Below, one piece after another: positions 1-9,571 of a DNA stretch of 64,000 nt; the stretch's first letter is position 1; every line of letters begins with the position of its first letter. The notes under the pieces are model-generated. The model was not told the DNA's origin and ran no database searches. It saw only the letters and a program-made list of their open reading frames with translations. The position numbers were made by a program, and so were the translations under genes. Origin of the DNA: an uncultured Candidatus Binatia bacterium (GTDB taxonomy: Bacteria > Desulfobacterota > Binatia > UBA9968 > JAJDTQ01). The stretch spans positions 3,040,001 through 3,104,000 of the forward strand of contig OZ219754.1 of assembly GCA_964291295.2 (NCBI GenBank), given 5' to 3'.

Positions 1-113
1 CACAGCGATTCGATGGCAAGGCTCTCCGCCAGGTCCACGACGCTCAGGAACGCCTCGGGACGCATCGCGCCGAAGGGCCAGCCGCTGAAGCCGATGCCGA
101 TACCGATGCCCAT
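1..113 (-). CDS. LLM-class (luciferase-like) flavin-dependent oxidoreductase, N-terminal fragment (runs off window)
   Basis: Read manually: GGGGAGAGG upstream of ATG at 113, then MGIGIGIGFSGWPFGAMRPEAFLSVVDLAESLAIESLW. This resembles the LLM N-terminus (AExLGxDSxW-like). Not in the ORF track. Confidence 0.55.
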   Translation of the reverse strand, partial: MGIGIGIGFSGWPFGAMRPEAFLSVVDLAESLAIESL

Positions 114-314
114 GCCTCTCCCCTGCTCTTTGCCGGTGGCAGCGTCCACCGGCCGCGGCCGGCCGTCTTCCCTGCCGGAGGAGTCCGGTGACCATCCTGT
201 GCGCGCCATCGTGTCGCGGTGGGGATGCAGACGGGGGCGCCGGGTCCGGTTTCCGGCTGATGATCCGGGTGTCCGCCGCGGCCGCACCGGCGCCCGCCGA
301 CGACATGCCGAACT

Positions 315-662
315 TCACGAATCGTTGGAGGCGCCGCGGTAGCTGTCCTTGAGTTCGTCCATGACCGTGCCCTTCCAGAACTTGACACCCACCTGATATC
401 CGGCGCGGCCGATCATGTGCGCGGAGACGGGCGCGGTGAGAAAGACGAACAGGGTGATGGCCAGAACCCGGACGGTGACGCCGATGTCGGGAAAGTAGAA
501 CGCCACCGACACCATCAGGCAGAACACCCCCAGGGTCGGCGGCTTGGTGGCGGTCTGCATCCGGGTGAGCAGATCCGGCATGCGCAGGATTCCCAGGCAC
601 CCCAGGAACATGAACGCGGTGCCGATGATCATGAACGTGGCGCAGATGATGTCAGTCACCAT
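315..662 (-). CDS. mrpG: Mrp Na+/H+ antiporter subunit G
   Basis: GILRMPDLLTRMQTATK and FLTAPVSAHMIGRA motifs; last gene of the mrp operon. Confidence 0.93.
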   Translation of the reverse strand: MVTDIICATFMIIGTAFMFLGCLGILRMPDLLTRMQTATKPPTLGVFCLMVSVAFYFPDIGVTVRVLAITLFVFLTAPVSAHMIGRAGYQVGVKFWKGTVMDELKDSYRGASNDS

Positions 663-921
663 GATGGGCCCATTTCTCGATGTAGCGGGAGAAGGTGACC
701 GTGCCCAGGAAGGCCACCAGCGCCAGCACGATGGCCACGTCCAGATACACGGGTTCGTCGAAGGCGATGGCGTAGAGCGCGGCGATGCCGACGCCCACGG
801 TGGTCAAGAGGTCCAGTGCCACCAGCCGGTCCGGGATGTTGGGGCCTCGCAGCAGGCGGATGAAGGCCAGCAGGATACCAAGGCTCAGGATACCGAGCAG
901 AACAAATGCCAAGGGTGTCAT
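652..921 (-). CDS. mrpF: Mrp Na+/H+ antiporter subunit F
   Basis: C-terminal 89 aa of ORF 652..1377 (MTPLAF...RLLRGPNIPDRLVALD...ALVAFLGTVTFSRY); ATGA overlap with mrpE stop. Confidence 0.92.
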   Translation of the reverse strand: MTPLAFVLLGILSLGILLAFIRLLRGPNIPDRLVALDLLTTVGVGIAALYAIAFDEPVYLDVAIVLALVAFLGTVTFSRYIEKWAHHGD

Positions 922-1391
922 CGCAGCAACTCCACCACGCTCTTCTCGAAACCGTCCTTGATGGACCGGCGCAACGCCTCGGCGTCGTCCACGTACATGG
1001 CGTGAATGTACAGGAACCGCCGGTCGTCCGACACGTCGAGGCTCAAGGTGCCGGGGGTCAGGGTGATGAGGTTGGCCAGCAGCGTGATCTCGGCATCGGT
1101 CTCCGCGTCGAGCGGGATCGCCACCACGCCGGGCTTCATGTTGTGCGCCGGGGTCATCACCTCGTAGGCAATGCGCAGATTGGCCAGCAGCAGCTCCCAG
1201 GCAAACAGCGAGGCCAGCCGCAGACCCTGCCACAGCTTCTCGAAGTAACGGGAAGGCCGCAGCAGCGGGCGCACCGCGTAGAGGATCGCGAAGCCGAAGA
1301 CGAAGCCGATGGCGAGGCTCGCTGCCGTCACTTCTCCGGTCAGCGCGGCCCAGCTCAGCGCCAGCATGATGTTCCACAGCAGCACGGTCAT
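918..1391 (-). CDS. mrpE: Mrp Na+/H+ antiporter subunit E
   Basis: C-terminal 157 aa of ORF 918..2834, with the [12 protein letters not shown] motif; overlaps mrpD stop. Confidence 0.93.
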   Translation of the reverse strand: MTVLLWNIMLALSWAALTGEVTAASLAIGFVFGFAILYAVRPLLRPSRYFEKLWQGLRLASLFAWELLLANLRIAYEVMTPAHNMKPGVVAIPLDAETDAEITLLANLITLTPGTLSLDVSDDRRFLYIHAMYVDDAEALRRSIKDGFEKSVVELLR

Positions 1392-2887
1392 GACGCCCCC
1401 CTCGCTCCCAGCACCGACCGGATGTACGGCTCGGGGTCCGCCAACTGGTGGCCTGCCTGCCAGGCCAGTTCGAGGAAGGGTCCGGCGGCCACGCCCATGA
1501 CCACGGCCAGAACGGCCAGAGTCACGATGGGACCCAGCATGAGCGCCCTGCCGGCACCCGGCGCATGGACGGCGGTTTCCGGCGGCAGGGGCTTCCAGAA
1601 CGCCTCGGCCCAGATCTTGGTCATGGAGAAGAGCGTCAGCAGGCTCACCCCCAGCGCGGCCGCCACCAGCGCGAACTCCCCGATGCCGAGACCGGCCTTT
1701 ACCAGCAACAGCTTGCCGAAGAACCCCGAGAGCGGCGGCACCCCGGCCAGGGAAAACGCCGACAGCAGGAACAGCAGGGAGACCCACGGGTGGGCGTGGT
1801 AGAGGCCCCCCAGCTTCTTGAGGTCGCCGGTGCCGTGCAGCCGGTGGGCCACGCCGCTCACCAGGAACAGGTTGGTCTTGACGAAGATGTTGTGGACGAT
1901 GAAGAACACCGTGCCGGTCAAGGCCAAGGGGGTGAAGAACCCGAGACCCATGACCATGTAGCCGATCTGGCTCACGATGTGAAAGGACAGCAGCCGGCGG
2001 AATTCGTACTGGGCCACGGCCCCGAGCACACCCGTCACCATGGTGATGCCCCCGGCCCAGAGGATGATCGTGTGGGTGTAGTCCACGTTGTTCAGGAACA
2101 GCAGCGTGAAGACGCGAATCAGGGCATAGACGCCCACCTTGGTCAACAGGCCGCCGAAGATCGCCGAAACCGCCACCGGCGGCGTATGGTACGAAGCCGG
2201 CAGCCAGAAGAACAACGGGAAGATGGCGCCCTTGATGCCGAAGGCCACCAGGAACAGGATGGCGAGGGTGGTCACCAGGCCCGGCTGGGCCGCGTTCCCG
2301 AGCCGCTGCGACAGATCGGCCATGTTGAGGGAACCGGCCATGGCGTAGAGGATACCCACCGCTGCCAGGAAGAAGGCCGACGCCACCAGGTTGAGGGTCA
2401 CGTACTTGATGGCGCCCTCGAGTTGGGCGCGCTCGCCTCCCAAGGCCAGCAGCACGAAGGACGAGATCAGCAGCACCTCGAACCAGACGAACAGATTGAA
2501 GATGTCGCCGGTGAGGAAGGCGCCGGAAACGCCCATGATCAGGATGTTGAACAGGGGGTAGTACCCGTACGCCTCGCGGTTGCGGTCCATGGTGCCCAGC
2601 GAGTAGACGACGACCACCAGGGCCACCACTCCGGTGGTGGCCACCAGGACGGCGCTGAACATGTCGGCCACCAGGGTAATGCCGAAGGGCGCGGTCCAGG
2701 CACCCTTCTGTACCGCCTGGATGCCCTCCCGGGCGACCCGCTCCAGCAGCACCACGGAGACCGCGAGGTAGACGATGCCGCCGGCCAGCGTGAGGATCCG
2801 CTGCGCCGCGACGTAACGCCACAGCACCACGCAACTCGCCCCCACCAGCAACGGCAGCAGGATGGGCAGGACGACGAGCGCGTTCAC
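1388..2887 (-). CDS. mrpD: Mrp Na+/H+ antiporter subunit D
   Basis: Proton_antipo_M motifs [43 protein letters not shown]. Confidence 0.95.
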   Translation of the reverse strand: MNALVVLPILLPLLVGASCVVLWRYVAAQRILTLAGGIVYLAVSVVLLERVAREGIQAVQKGAWTAPFGITLVADMFSAVLVATTGVVALVVVVYSLGTMDRNREAYGYYPLFNILIMGVSGAFLTGDIFNLFVWFEVLLISSFVLLALGGERAQLEGAIKYVTLNLVASAFFLAAVGILYAMAGSLNMADLSQRLGNAAQPGLVTTLAILFLVAFGIKGAIFPLFFWLPASYHTPPVAVSAIFGGLLTKVGVYALIRVFTLLFLNNVDYTHTIILWAGGITMVTGVLGAVAQYEFRRLLSFHIVSQIGYMVMGLGFFTPLALTGTVFFIVHNIFVKTNLFLVSGVAHRLHGTGDLKKLGGLYHAHPWVSLLFLLSAFSLAGVPPLSGFFGKLLLVKAGLGIGEFALVAAALGVSLLTLFSMTKIWAEAFWKPLPPETAVHAPGAGRALMLGPIVTLAVLAVVMGVAAGPFLELAWQAGHQLADPEPYIRSVLGARGAS

Positions 2888-3231
2888 GTGTCGGTTGCCT
2901 TCATGTCGTCGAGGTCGTCGGTGCCCACGGTCTGATACGCCCGGTAGGCCAGCACCATGGCAAAGGCCTGCACGCCGAAACTGATGACGATGGCCGTCAG
3001 GATCAGCGCCTGGGGCAGCGGGTCCGCCGCGGTTCCGGCAATCACCTTGGCACCCTCGGGTATCACCGGAGGCACCGCGCGCGTGAGGCCGGCCGCGGTG
3101 AACACCAGCAGGCTCGCGCCGTGGGCCAGCAGCGCCAGCCCGATGATCAACTTCACGATGCTCCGGCGCATGAGCATGTAGACGCCGCAGGCATAGAGTC
3201 CGCCGATGACAACGGCCAGCAGGGCTTCCAC
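2884..3231 (-). CDS. mrpC: Mrp Na+/H+ antiporter subunit C
   Basis: GTG start at 3231; [18 protein letters not shown] motif. Confidence 0.93.
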   Translation of the reverse strand: MEALLAVVIGGLYACGVYMLMRRSIVKLIIGLALLAHGASLLVFTAAGLTRAVPPVIPEGAKVIAGTAADPLPQALILTAIVISFGVQAFAMVLAYRAYQTVGTDDLDDMKATDT

Positions 3232-3665
3232 TAGTGGTCTCCCTCCTCTTCCTCCACTTCCTCCGCCATGCTGATGATGACGATGAGCACCACCCCCACC
3301 ACGGTCAGGTAGACGCCCATGTCGAAGAGCAGCGGCGTGCCCAGGTGGAGGTCGAGGCCGAAGATGGAGACATGCGCCCACTGCCCGGTCATGAACGGCT
3401 GCCCCTTGAACAGGGACCAGACGCCGCTCAGGGCGGCAACCAGCAGGCCCCAGGCGATGATGGTCTGGGCCCGGCAGGGCAGGAACCGGCGCATGGAGCT
3501 GACGTCGTAGGCAATGGCGTAGAGGGTCAGCGCCGCCGCCAGCACCAGGCCGCCGACAAAGCCGCCGCCGGGGTCGTTGTGCCCCCGGAGCAGCAGAAAG
3601 ATGGAGAACTGGAACAGCAGGATCAGCAGGAAACGGCTGGTCGTCCTGAGAATCAGCGAGTTCAC
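3231..3665 (-). CDS. mrpB: Mrp Na+/H+ antiporter subunit B
   Basis: [14 protein letters not shown] and LLFDMGVYL motifs. Confidence 0.94.
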   Translation of the reverse strand: MNSLILRTTSRFLLILLFQFSIFLLLRGHNDPGGGFVGGLVLAAALTLYAIAYDVSSMRRFLPCRAQTIIAWGLLVAALSGVWSLFKGQPFMTGQWAHVSIFGLDLHLGTPLLFDMGVYLTVVGVVLIVIISMAEEVEEEEGDH

Positions 3666-5956
3666 GAGCCCTCTCCCTTCCCGAGCCGGAGCCGGATAAG
3701 CGAATAGACGCCGATGCCGGCCACCGCCAGCACGGTGATCTCACCCAGCGTGTCGAAGCCCCTGAAATCCACCAGGATCACGTTCACGATGTTTCGGCCC
3801 TGCCCCATCAGGTACGAGTTGGCCGAGAAATAGCTGGAGATGGTGGGATGCCACTGCACCGAGGTGGCCACCAGCACCAGCAGCGTGAAGAGCGCTCCCA
3901 CCGCCGTGCCGACGGCCACGTGCGGCAGGATGGCCGCGCGGGTGGAGAACCGCTTGAACGGCGGCATGTAGTAGAACACGAACACGAACAGGATCAGTGA
4001 CAGGGTCTCGATGAGGAACTGGGTCATGGCCAGGTCGGGCGCGCCGTAGAGAACGAAGATCAGCGCCACGCTGTAGCCCACCACGCCCAGGGCCATGACC
4101 GCGCGCAGGAAGGTCTGCGCCCGGACGGCGGCGATGGACGCCGCCAGCGCCACGACGCCCAGCACCCACTCGTGCAGGCCGATGTCGCCCCAGTGCATCC
4201 GGATGACGCCGATGTCGGCGCGGGTGAGAAAGGTGTACCAGGCCAGCGCCGCGGTCACGCCCATGATGGTGGCCAGGTAGAGGCGCAGATAACCGTTCTG
4301 CAGCAGCCGTGTCTGGCCCGCCGCCGACCGGTTGAGGAGGCGGAGCCACAGGGCGTAGCCGTGCGAGGGGCCAAGGCGCGCCACCGGCAGGGCGAAGGCC
4401 GCCATCCTCCGCAACGCCTCCCGGTTGAGGTACACCAGCACGCCCAGCGCGAACGTCACCAGGCTCAGCGCCAGCAGCGGACTGAAGCCGTGCCACAGCG
4501 CCAGATGCATGTGCACCTCCCTGGCCAGCACGGACCCCGCGGCCGCCGACAGCAGCGTCTCGGAAAGCGCCGGCATCAGCCCCAACAGCAGGCTCAGACA
4601 TCCCAGGAAGACCGGTCCCAACCACATGGTCCAGGGCGGATCGTGGGGATGCGCGGGGGTGTGGGTCGCACTTCCGGAAAACGGCCGGATGCCCGCCAGC
4701 CAGGCCACCGCGAAGAGCAGCGTGCTGGTGAGGACGCCCACCACCGTCACCACCGCACCGTCGTAAGTGAGCGCTTCGTAGAGCGCCTCCTTGCCGATGA
4801 AACCGAAGAATGGCGGCAGGCCGGCCATGGACAGCGCCCCCACGGCGGCGCCCACGCCGATGATGGGCATGGTCTTGCGCAGCCCGCCCAGCTGCCGGAT
4901 ATCCCGGGTGCCGGCCTCGTGGTCGATGGCGCCGGCCACCAGGAACAGCGCGGCCTTGTAGAGCACATGGGCCATGAGAAAGACCATGGCCGCCTTTACC
5001 GCCAGCGTGCTGCCGAGGCCAAGCAGCAGGGTGAGCGTGCCCAGCACGCTCACCGTGGAATAGGCCAGGATCTTCTTGAGGTCGGTCTGGTGAAGCGCCT
5101 GGTACGCGCTCACCAGCATGGTGGCCGCGCCGAAGCCGGTGACCACGTAGAGCCAGAGGTCGCTGCCGCCCAGCACCGGACTCAGCCGCGCCAGCAGGTA
5201 GACGCCGGCCTTCACCATGGTGGCGGAGTGGAGGTAGGCGCTCACCGGCGTCGGCGCCTCCATGGCCGACGGCAGCCAGAAATGGAACGGGACCTGGGCC
5301 GACTTGGTGAAGGCGCCGGCGAAGACCAGCGCCAGCGCCAGCGGATAGAGGGGGTGGCTCCGCACCGCGGCATTGTCCGCGGCCAGTGCCGATATCTCGA
5401 AGCTGCCGCCCATCTGACCCAGGAGCAGCACCCCGGCCATGAGCGCCAGACCGCCGGTGCCGGTGACCAGCAACGCCTGCAGCGCGGCCCCCCGGGCCGT
5501 GTCCTTGTCGTGCTCGAAGCCGATGAGGAAATAGGATGTGACGCTGGTGAGCTCCCAGAAGACGAACAGCGCGATCAGGTTGTCCGACAGCACGACGCCC
5601 AGCATGGACGCCATGAACATGAGGATGAAGAGATAGAAACGCGGCAGCGACGGGTGACCGTGGAGATAGCTGCCGGCGTAGGTGATGATGAGCGTGCCCA
5701 CCACCGTGATGGCCAGGGAGAACAGAAGCCCCAGGCCGTCCAGGTTGAAGGAGAGCTGGAGCCCCAGGGCCGGGATCCAGGGCCAGGTGGAGCGGATTCC
5801 GTGGCCGCCCGCCACCTCGGCCGTGTGGCTCAGGAAATAGAGCGCCAGGAGCGCCGGAAAGACCGAGAAGACGAAACCCGCCCCGCGCGCGCTCACCCGA
5901 TACAGGGCGGGCGCCAGCAGGGCCAGCGCGAAACCGGAAAGGACGACGAAGATCAT
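3662..5956 (-). CDS. mrpA: Mrp Na+/H+ antiporter subunit A
   Basis: [36 protein letters not shown] and [18 protein letters not shown] motifs; separate mrpB indicates a group 1 operon. Confidence 0.96.
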   Translation of the reverse strand: MIFVVLSGFALALLAPALYRVSARGAGFVFSVFPALLALYFLSHTAEVAGGHGIRSTWPWIPALGLQLSFNLDGLGLLFSLAITVVGTLIITYAGSYLHGHPSLPRFYLFILMFMASMLGVVLSDNLIALFVFWELTSVTSYFLIGFEHDKDTARGAALQALLVTGTGGLALMAGVLLLGQMGGSFEISALAADNAAVRSHPLYPLALALVFAGAFTKSAQVPFHFWLPSAMEAPTPVSAYLHSATMVKAGVYLLARLSPVLGGSDLWLYVVTGFGAATMLVSAYQALHQTDLKKILAYSTVSVLGTLTLLLGLGSTLAVKAAMVFLMAHVLYKAALFLVAGAIDHEAGTRDIRQLGGLRKTMPIIGVGAAVGALSMAGLPPFFGFIGKEALYEALTYDGAVVTVVGVLTSTLLFAVAWLAGIRPFSGSATHTPAHPHDPPWTMWLGPVFLGCLSLLLGLMPALSETLLSAAAGSVLAREVHMHLALWHGFSPLLALSLVTFALGVLVYLNREALRRMAAFALPVARLGPSHGYALWLRLLNRSAAGQTRLLQNGYLRLYLATIMGVTAALAWYTFLTRADIGVIRMHWGDIGLHEWVLGVVALAASIAAVRAQTFLRAVMALGVVGYSVALIFVLYGAPDLAMTQFLIETLSLILFVFVFYYMPPFKRFSTRAAILPHVAVGTAVGALFTLLVLVATSVQWHPTISSYFSANSYLMGQGRNIVNVILVDFRGFDTLGEITVLAVAGIGVYSLIRLRLGKGEGS

Positions 5957-5984
5957 CGAGGGGCATCCAGCGGCGCGCCGGCGG

Positions 5985-6740
5985 TCATGAAGTCCAGACC
6001 CCCTCCGGGTCGTACTTTCTCACGGCGAGAATCTCGTCCCGGGACGGCTCCGGAGTCCGGGTGACGTCCGGCGCCGCCTTGAGCGGCCAATCCGTCTGCT
6101 CCCTGATCTCCTGCACCGTGACGCCGGGATGATACGACTTGATGCGCATCTCCCGGGTCGCCGGATCGAAGGAGAAAATGCCGAGGCTGCTGATGGTCCG
6201 GCTCGGCCCGCCGCCGGGCAGGCCCAGCCGCTCGCGCCAGCCGGCGCCGCCGCCGAAGCCGGGGGAGCTGATGAACCGCACCCGGGGGACGAAACGCCGC
6301 CGCTCATGATTCATGATGATCACGCACCGGCCGGCCAGGGTGGCGATGTCCGCAGCGCCGCCGCTGCCCGGAAGCCGTACCCGCCCACCGTTGTCGCCGA
6401 CCCAGTGCGTGTTGAGATTGCCGTGGCGGTCCACCTCGGCGCCGCCGATGAAACCCATCTCCACGCGGCCGCTCTGGAGCAGGCTCATGACGTCCATCAG
6501 GCCGCCGCAGTAGAGCGCGCCAGCCACGTTGGGCGGATCGCTCATGGTGAAGATCGGCTTCAGGGCCGGCCAGTCCCGCACCACGCCGCTCTCGAAGATG
6601 CCGATGGCACCGGGAGCATGCAGCTCCTTGGCCACGGCGAACCCCAGCAGCGGAAGCCGCATGCCGACGAAGACCCGCTCGCCGTCGCGAATCTCCCGCG
6701 CCGCTGCAATGACCATGAGCTCTCGCCGCGTATAGTCCAT
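5985..6740 (-). CDS. CoA-transferase subunit beta (glutaconate CoA-transferase GctB / CatJ-like)
   Basis: YTRRELMVIAAAREI, FESG (putative catalytic Glu), GFIGGAEVDRHGNLNT, RLPGSGGAADIA; start trimmed to MDYT (6746 is an alternative). Confidence 0.85.
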   Translation of the reverse strand: MDYTRRELMVIAAAREIRDGERVFVGMRLPLLGFAVAKELHAPGAIGIFESGVVRDWPALKPIFTMSDPPNVAGALYCGGLMDVMSLLQSGRVEMGFIGGAEVDRHGNLNTHWVGDNGGRVRLPGSGGAADIATLAGRCVIIMNHERRRFVPRVRFISSPGFGGGAGWRERLGLPGGGPSRTISSLGIFSFDPATREMRIKSYHPGVTVQEIREQTDWPLKAAPDVTRTPEPSRDEILAVRKYDPEGVWTS

Positions 6741-6928
6741 GTCCATGAGGTCCGAAACCGGCGGGCGCGTCACGCCTCCGCCGCTCCGGTCCCGGTAACA
6801 TTCCCGGCGCCGCGATTCAATGGGCGCGGTCCCGCGCCGGTCAGGCGCTCCGGGCTCCTCCCGCCGGCCTCCCGCGCCAGCGTCGCCAGAAGGAGCCGGC
6901 GGGCACCCGCTCCCGGCCACGCAGGCTC

Positions 6929-7840
6929 CTACCAGCCATAGCTCACCGGTGCCGCCATCTGGTTCCGGTCCGGTTTGAGCCTGGCGGCCCGCTCGGTGCC
7001 GAGGCGTTCCAGATAGCCGTCATGCCCGCCCGCCCCGAGCACCCACCGGTAGAGCCACTTGTCAAACCCGGCGCGCTCCCGGGACTGCGCATGATAGTCG
7101 AAGTAGAAGCTGTCGTCGCGACGGCTGTAGCCCTGTGTCGGCGACGGGTGGGAGCCCAGGGGCACGCAGGCAACCGCCGCCACCAGGAATCCCGGAACCA
7201 GGGTCCGATTGGGATCGCTCAGTATCACCTCGTGGGGGACGATCTCCTCGCAGGTGAGCACCACCTTGCCCGCCGCCAGCGCCGCATCCTGGGTCACCCC
7301 CAGATTGCCCCACACGTGGGCATTGCCCTCCGCGTCCGCCCGCTGGACGTGCAGGACGGCGACATCGGGCTTCACCGCCCTGACCGCCAGCAGGTTCTCC
7401 CGGGTGAAGGGACAGACCACCCGGCCGAACGACGCCTCGTTCCGGAAGTCGCTGCCCGTGAGCGTTCGCGTGGGCAGGAACGGCACACCCATGGCCGCGG
7501 CCTTGAGACCCAGAGCCATGGAGAAATTGGAATGGTTCTCCACCGCCAGCGGCCCCGGCTCCTGCCGCTCCACCGCGCGCCGGTAATTGTGCCCGAGGCC
7601 CGCCGCCACATTGCCGACCCATGCGCCGCAGACCCGCCCGACGCAGCCCGCGCCGATGAGCTGGTCGAACTGCATGTCGGATATCGTGGTCATCAGCGCA
7701 AGGCCGCGCCGGCGCTGGCGGATGATCTCGTAGCCGGCCGCAAAGGGGATGAGCGACTCGAGGGCGGCCCCCATGAAGACGGACATGCCGTCCTCGATCT
7801 CCTCGGCGACGGCATCTCGAAGGCTGCGGAGCTTCGACAT
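6929..7840 (-). CDS. CoA-transferase subunit alpha (GctA / CatI-like)
   Basis: IPFAAGYEIIRQ, LKAAAMGVPFLP, PDVAVLHVQRADAEGN, GSHPS motifs; start at MSKL. Confidence 0.87.
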   Translation of the reverse strand: MSKLRSLRDAVAEEIEDGMSVFMGAALESLIPFAAGYEIIRQRRRGLALMTTISDMQFDQLIGAGCVGRVCGAWVGNVAAGLGHNYRRAVERQEPGPLAVENHSNFSMALGLKAAAMGVPFLPTRTLTGSDFRNEASFGRVVCPFTRENLLAVRAVKPDVAVLHVQRADAEGNAHVWGNLGVTQDAALAAGKVVLTCEEIVPHEVILSDPNRTLVPGFLVAAVACVPLGSHPSPTQGYSRRDDSFYFDYHAQSRERAGFDKWLYRWVLGAGGHDGYLERLGTERAARLKPDRNQMAAPVSYGW

Positions 7841-7981
7841 GGCAAAAGGTTCTAGCCCGTTGCCCCTTGTCACGCAAGGGTCGTCCAGCGTTCACGGCAA
7901 AGACGGCGCGCGCTTCCTCGCCCGCGGTTTGACTGCCCGGAGCGCAGGTGAATATATATCCATCGCCGCCGGGAGGGTTTC

Positions 7982-9514
7982 ATGCGTTACGGATTCGTCA
8001 TCGACCAGAACCGCTGCATCGGCTGTCACGCCTGTACCGTGGCCTGCAAGGACGAGCACGAGGTGCCGGTAGGGGTCAACCGCACTTGGGTCAAGTACAT
8101 CGAGAAGGGCGCCTTCCCGGCCACCAGCCGCCACTTCGCGGTGCTCCGGTGCAACCACTGCGACAATGCCCCGTGCATCGAGATCTGTCCCACGGTGGCG
8201 CTCTACCGCAGCCCCGACGGCATCGTCGACTTCGACAACGACCGCTGTATCGGGTGCAAGTCGTGCATGCAGGCGTGTCCCTACGACGCCCTCTACATCG
8301 ACCCCGACCACAACACCGCGGCCAAGTGCAACTTCTGCGCGCACCGGGTGGAAATCGGGCTGCAGCCGGCCTGCGAGGTGGTGTGTCCCACCCAGGCCAT
8401 CCTGTCCGGCGACCTCGACGACCCGGAGAGCCCTGTCGCCCGCGCCGTGGCCACCCGCAAGGTCTCGCTGCGCAAGCCTCACAAGGGAACCCGCCCCAAG
8501 CTCTTCTACATGGGTGTCGAGGAAGCCGCGCTGCAGCCCACCATGACGGACGGCCGCGACGCCCACTTCTGGGCCGACCGCCACCCCGGGGAAGATCTTT
8601 ACGCTCTCTCCGCCCCCAGGCATGGAAGCGCGATTCCGGGCGGCTCCCGGGAGGTCTACGACGTGCCCCATCCGCGGCCTTGGGGGGCGAAGATCGCCGC
8701 CTACATGTGGACCAAGTCCATCGGTTCCGGGGTTCTGCTGGTGGCGGCGTTGCTGATGGCCTTGGGCCGCCTCCAGGAAGGCGTGGTGCTGCACATCGTG
8801 AGCCCGGTCCTGGCGCTGGTGTTCACCGGGCTCACCACGGTCCTGCTGGTATCCGACCTGAAGCGCCCCGACCGCTTCTACTATCTCCTGACCCGGCCCA
8901 ACCCGCGCTCCTGGCTGGTGCTCGGTGGCTACATCCTCATGGCCTATTCGCTGGCCAGCTTCCTGTGGCTTGCCTGCGGCAGCGGAGGCGGCGTGCCGGG
9001 ATGGGTGGTGGCAACCTGCGTCGTCTTCGGCATCGGCGCCGCGGGCTATACCGCGTTCCTCTTCGCCCAGGCCAAGGGACGGGACCTGTGGCAGAGCCCG
9101 CTGTTTTTCTGGCATCTCCTGGCCCAGGCCGTCAGCGCCGGAGCCGCGGCGCTGCTGCTGGTGGGAGGGGCCGCCGGCCTGGACGCCCCGGTCATGACGA
9201 CCCTCGCCACCGTGCTGATGGTCTCGCTGGTGGTCACCGGCGGTCTGGTGCTGGGCGAGGTCGCGCTGACCCCCGTGAGCGAGGACGTGCAGCGCGCCGC
9301 CGGGCTGTTGACCGGCGGCGCGCTGCGGGAGAAATTCTGGGGTCTCTTCATGGCCATGGGGGTTCTTCTGCCGGTGATCTTCCTGCTCTGGGCCGGGGCG
9401 CAGGCGGACGCCTCCTGGTTCCTGCACCCGCTCTCGGCATTGCTCGCCCTCGCCGGAATCTGGGTGTTCGAGACCCTCTGGGTCGAGGCCGGGCAGTCCG
9501 TACCGCTGAGCTAG
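7982..9514 (+). CDS. 4Fe-4S dicluster protein (NrfC/DmsB-like) fused to an NrfD/PsrC-type membrane anchor
   Basis: Four Cys clusters (CIGCHACTVAC, CNHCDNAPCIEICP, CIGCKSCMQACP, CNFC...CEVVCP), followed by ~8 TM helices with DLKRPDRF and SWLVLG. Confidence 0.88.
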   Translation: MRYGFVIDQNRCIGCHACTVACKDEHEVPVGVNRTWVKYIEKGAFPATSRHFAVLRCNHCDNAPCIEICPTVALYRSPDGIVDFDNDRCIGCKSCMQACPYDALYIDPDHNTAAKCNFCAHRVEIGLQPACEVVCPTQAILSGDLDDPESPVARAVATRKVSLRKPHKGTRPKLFYMGVEEAALQPTMTDGRDAHFWADRHPGEDLYALSAPRHGSAIPGGSREVYDVPHPRPWGAKIAAYMWTKSIGSGVLLVAALLMALGRLQEGVVLHIVSPVLALVFTGLTTVLLVSDLKRPDRFYYLLTRPNPRSWLVLGGYILMAYSLASFLWLACGSGGGVPGWVVATCVVFGIGAAGYTAFLFAQAKGRDLWQSPLFFWHLLAQAVSAGAAALLLVGGAAGLDAPVMTTLATVLMVSLVVTGGLVLGEVALTPVSEDVQRAAGLLTGGALREKFWGLFMAMGVLLPVIFLLWAGAQADASWFLHPLSALLALAGIWVFETLWVEAGQSVPLS

Positions 9515-9571
9515 ACGCTGTCGGGTCACACGAACCGCACGCGCACCGTCATCCAGGAAGGATCCTCCTCC

